64,000 nucleotides of DNA from the NCBI GenBank assembly GCA_963668355.1, contig OY764265.1, positions 2,592,001-2,656,000 of the forward strand, written 5' to 3'. Shown in pieces: positions 28,124-37,100 of the stretch; positions within the stretch are counted from its first letter, which is position 1, and the number at the start of each line of letters is the position of its first letter. The notes under the pieces were generated by a model that was not told the origin of the DNA, made no database searches, and saw nothing but the letters and a program-made list of their open reading frames with translations. Both the position numbers and the translations under genes were made by a program. The stretch comes from Bdellovibrionota bacterium (GTDB lineage: Bacteria; Bdellovibrionota_G; JALEGL01; DATDPG01).

Positions 28124-28627
28124 ATGGTATTAAACAGTTTTTCAAAGATTCTATTTGATCTTCTGGAAGACATTGAGCTTTCCTCCTCCAAGCTTTACGC
28201 GACGTTCTCCAGAAAATTTCCAAAAGACGCCTCTTTTTGGACGCGGATGACCGAAGAAGAAGAGGTCCACCTAAAATGGGTTCAGAATTTGCGTCTGGAA
28301 GTGGAAAAGGGAAAGGTCCAATTTCACGAGAACATTCTCCGTTTGGAGGACCTCAAAAAAACAACCAAGCTCATTCGAGACCATCAAGCCAAAGCCAAGG
28401 AAAAAAACTTTGACCACGGCGATGCGCTTCGCGCTGCGGCAGAAATTGAAAGCTCAACCCTGGAACAACCGTTTTCGCGCGTCTTCTTTTCGAAAAACCC
28501 AATTCTTCAAAAGGTGATCGATCGTTTCGATCAAGAAAATCAAAAACACGCCACTGACCTAAACAACCGCGTCAAAAATCTTTCGACCCGAACCCCCAAA
28601 AACATTCAAACCCCCCGAAACCGCTAA
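28124..28627 (+). CDS. Ferritin/rubrerythrin-like four-helix protein
   Basis: IE..SKLY, FWTRMTEEEEVH, AAEIESS and ENQKH ExxH-like ligands; start moved to ATG 28124. Confidence 0.65.
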   Translation: MVLNSFSKILFDLLEDIELSSSKLYATFSRKFPKDASFWTRMTEEEEVHLKWVQNLRLEVEKGKVQFHENILRLEDLKKTTKLIRDHQAKAKEKNFDHGDALRAAAEIESSTLEQPFSRVFFSKNPILQKVIDRFDQENQKHATDLNNRVKNLSTRTPKNIQTPRNR

Positions 28628-28678
28628 AAGGCCAGGGCCCAACCCAGCCAAAGGAGGGAGGCCAAGTCTACTTATTCC

Positions 28679-28710
28679 CAACTGTGGATAAGTCGACTTA
28701 TCCACAGTTG
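28679..28710. promoter_or_regulatory. Perfect 32-bp palindrome with two inverted consensus DnaA boxes; also a symmetric Xer-like 11-6-11 site
   Basis: CAACTGTGGATAA-GTCGAC-TTATCCACAGTTG; TGTGGATAA at 28683-28691 and TTATCCACA at 28698-28706. Function unknown. Confidence 0.6.
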
Positions 28711-28987
28711 TGCAGAAACTTTAAGCTGAGACACCCATTTCCCAGAACCCCAAAACGGGATCTAAGTCAGAGGCAAGAGTGCGCCATCTCCCAAATGTGA
28801 AGAATGATTGGAACCTGTGTGCGAAAAAATGAGACCTAAAGGCCCCGTGGCATCTTTTTAAGATCGGGGAAGATTAAAAAAGTGGAATAATTAATGACGA
28901 CAATTGGTCTGGTATTGTCGGATCTTGCCTGGAACCTTTGAACAGCTGGGCCGTGCTGTTTCTACCCCCTATAGATTTGTACGGTAA

Positions 28988-29015
28988 ATTTAACATAATA
29001 TTCATTATCAGAAGT
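28988..29015 (-). other. dif: dif chromosome dimer resolution site (XerC/XerD)
   Basis: Minus strand reads ACTTCTGATAA-TGAATA-TTATGTTAAAT. The right arm is identical to the E. coli XerD arm; the site is intergenic and AT-rich. Confidence 0.88.
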
Positions 29016-29071
29016 TATATTGGGTCGAGCTTGTGCTGAGAGTTTGCTTTTGGGTTAGGCTCGCCTTTTTC

Positions 29072-29566
29072 TTAGATTTTGTTCTTCTCTTCTAAGGTGG
29101 CTTTTAAGACTTCAATGACCGCCCGATCTTTTGCTCTTCCGAGCCCTTCTTTAAGTTCGATAAGTTTTTCCAACGAAAGAACTTTCAACTCGGTCCCGTC
29201 TTCAAGAAGCAAATCCTCCGAAGTTTTTATCAGATCCTCATACCCCTCATTTAATTCTCCGATGGCCCCCAAAACATCCAATGGACCTAAGTCTGTAATG
29301 AACAATTGGTGGTCCTTGGAATTTAAATGTCTACTTTTTGGCCGCAGGATCCGTTTTCCTTGACCCCGATACTTTGCATCGTGATTTTTAAGAAAATTCA
29401 ATAAGTTGCGTATGTTTTCCTCATTTATGGAGTGAACAACGTCCAAGTCTAATGTGGTGATGGGAGCTCCATGAATGACGGCCGACACTCCGCCCACAAC
29501 AATGAAATCCACATGGTTTTTGCGAAGCTCTTTGAGAATGGAAAGGAATCCCGTTTTTTCTCTCAT
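29072..29566 (-). CDS. Pol-beta-superfamily nucleotidyltransferase (DUF6036/AbiEii/MenT-like), putative toxin
   Basis: FIVVGGVSAVIHGAPITTLDLDVV (GG..DxD), LDVLG, LIELKEGLGRAKDR. Confidence 0.85.
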   Translation of the reverse strand: MREKTGFLSILKELRKNHVDFIVVGGVSAVIHGAPITTLDLDVVHSINEENIRNLLNFLKNHDAKYRGQGKRILRPKSRHLNSKDHQLFITDLGPLDVLGAIGELNEGYEDLIKTSEDLLLEDGTELKVLSLEKLIELKEGLGRAKDRAVIEVLKATLEEKNKI

Positions 29567-29739
29567 TTGAGCGCTAGATTGCCACGGCGCAGCAATTCTT
29601 GGGCGGCAGTGGCATTTTCACAGTATTGAATTCTTTCAACCGGAGTTAAGGACAGCATCCAACGAATGAGCGTGCGATCCACGCCATTTTGGTCAATGGT
29701 CTGAGAAGACCTTTCTTTTTTGGAGTCGCCCTTCTTCAT
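29563..29739 (-). CDS. 58-aa protein absent from the ORF track, putative antitoxin partner of the nucleotidyltransferase
   Basis: Translated by hand: MKKGDSKKERSSQTIDQNGVDRTLIRWMLSLTPVERIQYCENATAAQELLRRGNLALK; its TGA overlaps the NTase ATG (ATGA). Confidence 0.75.
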   Translation of the reverse strand: MKKGDSKKERSSQTIDQNGVDRTLIRWMLSLTPVERIQYCENATAAQELLRRGNLALK

Positions 29740-29853
29740 TCCCTGAAATTCATACCACGCTCGGCTTTCTTCATCTCTGGAAAATGGTCAGACCGATCTA
29801 GCTTGGGTTAAATCAGGGCTAATGTGCTTTTTTTGCGGATTCCTTCACTTTTT

Positions 29854-32433
29854 TCAGTTTTGAGCCACTTCAGCGCGAAGCAACATGCTCAAGGGAACGG
29901 TTCGATATTTCTTGGCTTTGAGCGTCGAAAGAAGTTCAGGAAGCTTTTCATGTGGGAAGTCTGAGTTTCGATGAGAGCCGAGATGCATCAGAACCACCCC
30001 GCCGTTCAAACCGTGAGAGTCTTTCTTTTCGAAATCCCAAATTCGTTTCAAGATTTCGTCGGAAGAGCGATAAAGGCTGCTCTTCTTGTCTGCTACCCAG
30101 TCCAAGGTGTCCAAACTCATTCTTCCAGATCGAGTCCATCCGACGTGTCGATACCCCAAGGTGGCCGCCCATCGAATGAGTTCTCGATTGATTTCGCCGT
30201 ACGGGGCTCGCCAAAATCGTTTCATTTCGGTTCCGGTGGCCTCTTGATACAACTCTTCCACCTTCAAAAGCTGACGAAACAGCTCCTTCTTTGAAATCAA
30301 AGATTTTCGGGTCTTGGTGTCCACCAACTGATCGTGTTTAAGCATGTGGTTGGCCGCTTCATGGCCGTCTTGGGCAATGCGTCGGGTTACTTCCGGAAAA
30401 TTCTGAATAAAGTCGCCTGTTAAAAAGAAAGTCGTTTGGATACCAAAGTCTTTGAGTGTTTTTAAGATGTCCAAGGCCACGCTCGCTCCAGAACCTCCGT
30501 CAAATGTGACAGCCAATTCCTTGCGATTCAGGCTCCCACGCGTCAGGGAGGGAAAAGCCGTCAAAATGGGAGACGTTTGCCGAGTAGCCTCTTGGGATAC
30601 TTCTTGAAGCCTTTCCTCGACCCAGGCCTGCATGCTTTCATCGTAATGAGCCAGCTGTTCACTTACCTCGGCTCGATGGGAGCCGGATTGTCCGGAAAAA
30701 AACATCAAAGGGAACGCAACCAGCGCCGCCAGCCCCAAGGCCATCCCGCTATAAGCCAACCCCATTTTCCATTTGGGAACCTCTCCTCGAATCCGCTTTC
30801 TAAGTTCCTCTTTAACCTCTTGAATCGACTCGCCTAACCAACGAGACTGCTCCTTGGCCAGGGCCTCCACTTCTTTCTTGAGGCGATCCAAGGCTTCGCC
30901 TCGGACATTTTTAACTTCTTTCACTGCTCCCGCTTTTGCGGCGTAAACCACTTCTTCCCAATTGGCTCTTTGGGCCACAGAAAGCGTCGCAAAATCGTCA
31001 ATCACGCGTTTTAACTCCCGAGAGACTTGATCTCGAACATGCGTGGAAAAATTGTCCAAAGATTCTCGAATGGCCTGTCGGGCGCCTTCGGAAAGGCGTT
31101 CCTGTTCCTTGGCCTGGGAATCCAAATTGGAATAAGCCTTATCCAGAAGCTCTCTCAAGTCTTCTCCCAAGGCTTCGATTTCTTTGACTTGTTGCTCTCT
31201 GAATTCCGCCAAGTCATTGCTCAGTTGCCGGCGTTCCAGAGCCAAAGAGCTGTCAATCTTGGCTCCATATTCCAGAAGCTCCTTGGATCTTTCCTTGGAG
31301 AGATGTTCCGCCTGATCCGATACCTTTTTCTCGGAAATGTGAATCTCCGTGCCCAAAAAGGCGGCCTTTTCCTTCAATTCGTTTCCGGCCGCTTCGAATT
31401 GTTTTTGAAGAGCCTCCGACAACCCCAGAAAGGAGTTTTTCATTTCCTCAAGTAAAACTTGAGACTTTTGATCTACAGTTTCTTTTGTAGATTCCGCCAC
31501 CTCAATGCTATTTTCTCGATTTAATCTTAGTCCAGAGACAAGGCTGTCGAATTCTTCTTTTTGTTCTTTGACGCGATCTTTTAAAGAATTTTCCAGTTTC
31601 TCAAAAGCTTCGCTTAGACGAAGTCGGGTGCTCTCATGATCATTTGCGAGATTTTGGAGTCCCTCACTGACTAGCTCGCGGCTTTTTTCCTGCTCTTGAG
31701 CCAGTTCTTCTTTCTCGTCTCGAACAACCTGTTTTGTTTCTTCAATGAGGCTTTGAAGATTCCTTTCGAGATCTTCAATCCGACGCTGCCCTTCTTGGAT
31801 TTTGTTTTGGAGGCGCTGGTTTTCCTCTTCCAGATTTTGAGTCAAACCTTGGAATTGAGAAGGAAGGGTTTCATCCTGCAAACGTGCCATCCGCTCGGAA
31901 ATGCTTCGCACTTGTTCCAAATGGTTGCGGTATATGCGCTCAAGCTGTTCTTTTAAATCGACCAGGCGCTCACGACCATCTACGGTAACTTGTTTCACCC
32001 CTGCAATCGTGTTTTCCAAACGATCCGTTCGATCATCCAAGGTTCGTTGAATGTGACCAAATTGAGGGGACCACTCCATTTGAGCGGCTTTAAATTCAGT
32101 GGAGATTGCGTTGCCCGACCCCTCTACCATTGTGGCAATGGTCGTCAGCGCCTTATCCAAGCGGTCTTCTAAATCAGAAAAATCTCGATGGAGGCCATCT
32201 CCGAGATAGTCGCCAAAATCTTTCAAGTCTTCATTGATGCTTTGGTCGAAGAGATTGAGCTTCTGAGAAATCTCCGTTTCCTCTGAATTTTGAGATTCCA
32301 GCCAACGGTCTGAACATTTCTGGCTGCAAAAAATGTGATGATGTTCCTTGAGTTGACAGGCCGGACAAATCGGGGCCTTACACTCGAAGCATCGTCTTCG
32401 AGCCGTGATTTCGGGATGATTTTTACATTCCAT
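29854..32433 (-). CDS. Zn-finger + long coiled coil + TM + NodB/CE4 polysaccharide deacetylase
   Basis: N-terminal CxxHP..CxxC..CxxC..C...C; about 500 aa of heptad-rich sequence; a TM helix; CE4 motifs TFDGG, HMLKH, WRAPYG, DTLDW, LMH. Confidence 0.85.
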   Translation of the reverse strand: MECKNHPEITARRRCFECKAPICPACQLKEHHHIFCSQKCSDRWLESQNSEETEISQKLNLFDQSINEDLKDFGDYLGDGLHRDFSDLEDRLDKALTTIATMVEGSGNAISTEFKAAQMEWSPQFGHIQRTLDDRTDRLENTIAGVKQVTVDGRERLVDLKEQLERIYRNHLEQVRSISERMARLQDETLPSQFQGLTQNLEEENQRLQNKIQEGQRRIEDLERNLQSLIEETKQVVRDEKEELAQEQEKSRELVSEGLQNLANDHESTRLRLSEAFEKLENSLKDRVKEQKEEFDSLVSGLRLNRENSIEVAESTKETVDQKSQVLLEEMKNSFLGLSEALQKQFEAAGNELKEKAAFLGTEIHISEKKVSDQAEHLSKERSKELLEYGAKIDSSLALERRQLSNDLAEFREQQVKEIEALGEDLRELLDKAYSNLDSQAKEQERLSEGARQAIRESLDNFSTHVRDQVSRELKRVIDDFATLSVAQRANWEEVVYAAKAGAVKEVKNVRGEALDRLKKEVEALAKEQSRWLGESIQEVKEELRKRIRGEVPKWKMGLAYSGMALGLAALVAFPLMFFSGQSGSHRAEVSEQLAHYDESMQAWVEERLQEVSQEATRQTSPILTAFPSLTRGSLNRKELAVTFDGGSGASVALDILKTLKDFGIQTTFFLTGDFIQNFPEVTRRIAQDGHEAANHMLKHDQLVDTKTRKSLISKKELFRQLLKVEELYQEATGTEMKRFWRAPYGEINRELIRWAATLGYRHVGWTRSGRMSLDTLDWVADKKSSLYRSSDEILKRIWDFEKKDSHGLNGGVVLMHLGSHRNSDFPHEKLPELLSTLKAKKYRTVPLSMLLRAEVAQN

Positions 32434-32557
32434 CTTTGAGGGTCAAGTGTACGAGATCACGTCAGTTTTGGAAACCAAACAAAAACGCTATCCGTCACCC
32501 CTCCCGCAACCGCAGGTCGAGCCATTCAACGAAGAAAGCTAAAACACGCGTCTGTGT

Positions 32558-33877
32558 TTAATCGTAATACTCGTTACCCAAGTGATGAATCAGATCCTCA
32601 CCTTGAGTCCACCTCAATGTGTTCTTGAGTTTCATCATCTGAATGAAGAGATCATGCTCAGGGTACAGCCCTTCCGCATGCATCGGGCTCTTGAAATAGA
32701 ATGACAACCACTCTTGAATGCCTTTGAATCCACAACGATTGGCATAGTCCATAAAGAGTGCGAGGTCTAAAACGACCGGCGCAGCCAAAATGGAATCCTT
32801 GCAAAGGAAGTTCACTTTGATCTGCATCTTGTAATTCATCCAACCGACGATATCGATGTTGTCCCAACTCTCTTTGTTGTCACCCCGAGGCGGATAGTAG
32901 TTGATTCGAACCTTGTGATAGAGATCCTTATAAAGCTGTGGGTAATTGTGAGGCTCAAGAATATGTTCCAAGACGGAAAGTTTGGACTCTTCTTTGGTTT
33001 TGAAGTTTTCCGGAGCATCCAACACTTCGCCATCTCGGTTTCCCAAGATATTGGTGGAGAACCAACCATCTACGCCAATCATTCGGGCCTTCAAACCAGG
33101 TGCAATGATCGTTTTCATCAAGGTTTGACCGGTTTTAAAATCTTTTCCCGCGATGGGAACACCTTTTTCTTTGGCCAATTGAATGATCGCCGGAATATCC
33201 ACAGTTAAATTGGGAGCTCCGTTGGCATATGGTACGCCCGACTGAATGGCGGCATACGCATAAATCATGCTGGGAGCAATGGCTGGGTCATTTTCTTTAA
33301 GACCTTTTTCGAATGACTCGATGGTCATATGAACGGCACTCGGTTGAATATAGGCTTCGGTTGATCCACACCAAACCATGACCATTCGTTCCACGCCCTT
33401 TTCTTCTTTAAAGCGGGCCATGTCATCCATGAGTTGACGGGCCAAATCCATTTTGGTTTTGCCCTCTTTGATGTACGTGCCATTGAGTCTGGAGACATAC
33501 TTGGGATCAAAAACGGCTTTCATGGGTTTGATGTCCTGAATCTCGTCTTTAACCTTGTCAACCATGTCGCCAAAGATAACATGATTGTTCTTGGCGACGT
33601 CGTAACAACTGTCTTCAAAGATGTCCCAACAACCGAATTCAATATCCTTGAGATTGGCCAGAGACACAAAATCGCGAATCAAGGGTGTTCGCTTTTCGGT
33701 TCTTTTTCCTAATCGGATATGCCCCATTTGTGTGAGAGACCCGATGGGCTCGGCCAACCCTTTCTGCATCGCCTTGACACCTACCATAAATGTGGTGCTT
33801 ACGGCCCCCAGTCCGGGAGTCAAAATGCCAAGTTTGCCTTTTGTGGGTTCAACGGAAATCTTGTTGTGATGGGACAT
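32558..33877 (-). CDS. ino1: myo-inositol-1-phosphate synthase
   Basis: GLGAVSTT, WCGSTE, YANGAPN, GKDFKTGQTLMK, STNILGNRDG, DSILAAP. Confidence 0.95.
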   Translation of the reverse strand: MSHHNKISVEPTKGKLGILTPGLGAVSTTFMVGVKAMQKGLAEPIGSLTQMGHIRLGKRTEKRTPLIRDFVSLANLKDIEFGCWDIFEDSCYDVAKNNHVIFGDMVDKVKDEIQDIKPMKAVFDPKYVSRLNGTYIKEGKTKMDLARQLMDDMARFKEEKGVERMVMVWCGSTEAYIQPSAVHMTIESFEKGLKENDPAIAPSMIYAYAAIQSGVPYANGAPNLTVDIPAIIQLAKEKGVPIAGKDFKTGQTLMKTIIAPGLKARMIGVDGWFSTNILGNRDGEVLDAPENFKTKEESKLSVLEHILEPHNYPQLYKDLYHKVRINYYPPRGDNKESWDNIDIVGWMNYKMQIKVNFLCKDSILAAPVVLDLALFMDYANRCGFKGIQEWLSFYFKSPMHAEGLYPEHDLFIQMMKLKNTLRWTQGEDLIHHLGNEYYD

Positions 33878-33972
33878 TTAAAATACCTCCATAAAGAAGA
33901 TCAATTTACGCTAACATCTGGGTCGCCGTCATATACCTCTCCCTGCCCCTTGTCCATGAGGATTTTTTCGGC

Positions 33973-35538
33973 TCAATCTGAGCCCAGGGAGTGGCAACCC
34001 CGGTTGCTGTGGTTTCTTTGGGCGGCCGTTAAAATCAATTGAGCCGTCAAGGAGCCATTTCTCAACCCAATGAGTTCGTCGGAAAGGGATGAATTGGCAT
34101 AGAAGCGCCGGACCTCCTCAGAAAGTCCCCTCAAGATTCTCTGGGCTCGTTCCAAGCGTTTTTTCGTTCGAACCAGCCCCACATAGTTCCACATCGTGTG
34201 TTTGATCGTGAGCCAATCTTGAAAAAGAAGGTCCATATCCACACGTTCCTTTTTGGACTCCCAAGGCCGAATCTTTGGAAACGCATACGTCTCTTTACTC
34301 AAGGAACGCACAATGCCCTCTCCAGCTCGAACGCCAAATACCAAACCATCCAGTAACGAAGTACTGGCCAGGCGATTTGCGCCATGCAAACCGTTGCAAG
34401 CCACCTCCCCGACCGCCCATAAATTCTGAATCGTGGTTTGTCCTTCCAAATTCGTCCACACGCCCCCGCAGGAATAGTGGGCTGCCGGAACGACCGGAAT
34501 GGGTTCCTGAGTGATGTCCACGCCATGATCCAAACACTCGCGATGAATTTTTGGGAAACGGGCCCGTATCCAATCGGATGGTTTATGGGAGATATCCAAG
34601 AGAACAAACTCAGAATTGGTGCGAAGAAGTTCGTCATGAATGGCTCTGGCCACAATGTCTCTTGGCGCCAACTCTTTACGCTCATCATAGTTTTCCATGA
34701 ACGGATGTCCGTCGTGGTTCAAAAGGATGCCGCCTTCACCTCGAACAGCCTCCGAAATCAAAAATCGCTTGGAACTTTTCCGAAGAAACAATGCGGTGGG
34801 ATGAAATTGAACGTACTCCAGGTTCATGATTCGAGCGCCGGTTCGATAAGCCATGGCCAAACCATCTCCCCTGGCACCCGAAGGGTTTGTCGTATGAAGG
34901 AAAAGACATCCCAAGCCTCCGGTAGCTAAAACGGTCTCTTTCGCTAAAATCGTTTCAACCAAACCCTCTTTTTGGTTGTAAATGTAGGCTCCCAAACATC
35001 GACCTGCCTCATACCGATCCGCGAGGTCTTCCGAGTGATGTGCCAGAGTGATGAGGTCGATGGCCGTTCGCTGCGTTAGGATTTCAACATTGGCTTGTTT
35101 GGAGAGAAACGCGAGAAAGAAGCGTTCAATTTCTTTTCCCGTATGATCCTCCACATGCAAAATTCGCGGATGGGAGTGTGCCCCTTCAGAGGTCAATCTC
35201 CATTCTCCACTGTCCTTGCGATCAAAAGGCACTTCCAATTGTTCAATCAGGATTTCGTTGACTCGTTGAGGTCCTTCATCCGCAAGAATTTGGGCCGCTG
35301 GTTTAAACGATAGTCCTGCACCAGCTCTTTCGATATCTTGGATCAAAGATTCGGGGTCCTCGGTCCCTTTGGATTTGTAAATGATTCCACCTTGGGCCCA
35401 GGCCGTGGCGGATTTTTCGCGTTTTTCAGCTCGGGAAATCATGACCACATGCTTCCCTTTCTTGGCCAGCGCGTAAGCCGTTGCGCATCCCGCGATTCCG
35501 GTTCCAATCACAAGGCAGTCAATGGTTCTCGTTCTCAT
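33973..35538 (-). CDS. nadB: L-aspartate oxidase
   Basis: WAQGGI, EGAHSHPRILH, QFHPT, LISEAVRGEG, GLHGANRLASTSL. Confidence 0.95.
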   Translation of the reverse strand: MRTRTIDCLVIGTGIAGCATAYALAKKGKHVVMISRAEKREKSATAWAQGGIIYKSKGTEDPESLIQDIERAGAGLSFKPAAQILADEGPQRVNEILIEQLEVPFDRKDSGEWRLTSEGAHSHPRILHVEDHTGKEIERFFLAFLSKQANVEILTQRTAIDLITLAHHSEDLADRYEAGRCLGAYIYNQKEGLVETILAKETVLATGGLGCLFLHTTNPSGARGDGLAMAYRTGARIMNLEYVQFHPTALFLRKSSKRFLISEAVRGEGGILLNHDGHPFMENYDERKELAPRDIVARAIHDELLRTNSEFVLLDISHKPSDWIRARFPKIHRECLDHGVDITQEPIPVVPAAHYSCGGVWTNLEGQTTIQNLWAVGEVACNGLHGANRLASTSLLDGLVFGVRAGEGIVRSLSKETYAFPKIRPWESKKERVDMDLLFQDWLTIKHTMWNYVGLVRTKKRLERAQRILRGLSEEVRRFYANSSLSDELIGLRNGSLTAQLILTAAQRNHSNRGCHSLGSD

Positions 35539-36362
35539 ACATCCTCAATCAATAGGCTGATGTCTGCCGCTTTGGGAGAGTGGGTTAAGGCTCCGATTGA
35601 AATATAGTCCACGTTGAGTTTCGCCAATTCCCGGATGCGATCCAAATTCACGCCTCCGGACACTTCGATTTTTGCACGATTCTTTACCCTTTGGATCGCA
35701 GCACTTACCTCGCTGTTGGTCATGTTATCGAGCAGAAGATGTTCCGCTCCTGCATTTAACGCCGGTTCAATTTGCGAAAGCTTGGCAATTTCCACGATAA
35801 CTTTTTTATTGGGATGAGACGTTTTGGCCTTTTGAATCGCCAATTCAATGGAGCCATGAAGAGCGGAGATGTGGTTATCCTTGATCATGATGGCGTCATA
35901 CAAGCCAAACCGATGATTTACGCCTCCACCCTTTCGAACCGCATATTTATCCAGATGCCGATACATCGGGAGGGTTTTTCGAGTGTCCAAAATCTGGGTA
36001 GGAGTCCCCTCGGTCTCTCGAACAAATTTTCGTGTGAGTGTTGCGACGCCCGACATTCGTTGCAGAAAATTCAAGGCGGTACGTTCAGCGGCCAACAATT
36101 TGGAAAGCTTTCCTTCGATATCCATGATCTTGCCTCCTGAAGGCACTTCATCCCCATCAAAGGCATGAGACACGAACTTTACCCGAGGATCCATTTGGGA
36201 AAATGTAGCGCACGCCACACCCAACCCGCATACCACCAACTCCTCCTTCGCCACAAGTGTGGCCTTGCCAAGGGCATCCGGAGGAACGATAGATTCTGTG
36301 GTGATGTCTCCATCACGAAGGTCTTCGCGCAGAGCGCGCTTAATCATGTCGCTTGTGAACAC
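35535..36362 (-). CDS. nadC: Nicotinate-nucleotide pyrophosphorylase (quinolinate phosphoribosyltransferase)
   Basis: ERTALNFLQRMSGVAT, DTRKTLP, NHRFGLYD, IKDNH, SIGALTHS. Confidence 0.96.
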   Translation of the reverse strand: MFTSDMIKRALREDLRDGDITTESIVPPDALGKATLVAKEELVVCGLGVACATFSQMDPRVKFVSHAFDGDEVPSGGKIMDIEGKLSKLLAAERTALNFLQRMSGVATLTRKFVRETEGTPTQILDTRKTLPMYRHLDKYAVRKGGGVNHRFGLYDAIMIKDNHISALHGSIELAIQKAKTSHPNKKVIVEIAKLSQIEPALNAGAEHLLLDNMTNSEVSAAIQRVKNRAKIEVSGGVNLDRIRELAKLNVDYISIGALTHSPKAADISLLIEDV

Positions 36363-36374
36363 GGTCCGAAAGTT

Positions 36375-37100
36375 CTAACTCAGTGGGATTTCATCTTCAA
36401 GGATCCATTTTCCAACACGGATATGAACCACAATGGAGTCGCCTTTGGGGTCGTTCTCAGGGCGTCGTTTCCCCTTTTTAAACGTCACACTTTTTTCGAA
36501 CCGCTTATTTCCCAAAGAGAGAGAAAGGTCCAATTTGGGAGGTTGAAGGGTTTCTCTTTTTTCCTTTTCCGATCGTTTGGCTCGAATTTTATCCAATACC
36601 TTTTGCTTAAGTTCCTCACTGGCCATGTTCACCGTTTGATCCAGACGCCACTCCTCTTCTTCTTCGTCTGTCATGGCCAAGTGCTCTTGACGGTCCGCAA
36701 ATTTGACGGAAGCCGAGGCTTCCACAATTTGAAGAGAAATCTTTCCAATTCGAATGATATCCCCCAAAACTAGTACTTTTTCTTTAATTTTTTTCCCATT
36801 CACAAACGTACCGTTTTGGCTTTCTTGATCTTCCAAACGAAATTGATCGTTTTCGTGAATGATCCGAGCATGGGATCGAGAGGCCTGTTCATCGTCAATG
36901 ACGACATGGTTTTCGGGCATGCGTCCAATGTAGGTGATGTCGGACTCCAAACGAATGGTTTGGAGCAAGGAGGGCCCTTGCATCAATTGTAGAGCCCAAG
37001 GAACGCTCTCGTCATCATCATTATCATTTGCAATGGTTTCCCAAACATCCTGATGTTCATCCGAAGTCATGGAAGCATTATAGGCGGTTTCGGATTTCAC
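36375..37100 (-). CDS. FHA domain protein
   Basis: IGR..ASRSHA..SQNGTFVNG FHA signature, flanked by acidic and basic extensions. Confidence 0.88.
   Translation of the reverse strand: MKSETAYNASMTSDEHQDVWETIANDNDDDESVPWALQLMQGPSLLQTIRLESDITYIGRMPENHVVIDDEQASRSHARIIHENDQFRLEDQESQNGTFVNGKKIKEKVLVLGDIIRIGKISLQIVEASASVKFADRQEHLAMTDEEEEEWRLDQTVNMASEELKQKVLDKIRAKRSEKEKRETLQPPKLDLSLSLGNKRFEKSVTFKKGKRRPENDPKGDSIVVHIRVGKWILEDEIPLS

Noticed and set aside
28664..28710. Replication origin (oriC)
   Set aside because: Only two perfect and one imperfect DnaA box, no dnaA/dnaN/gidA context, no evident unwinding element, and a dif site next door.
28898..28920. CGACAAT-N9-ATTGTCG inverted repeat between the palindrome and dif
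   Set aside because: The 7-bp arms are within chance expectation and no function can be assigned.
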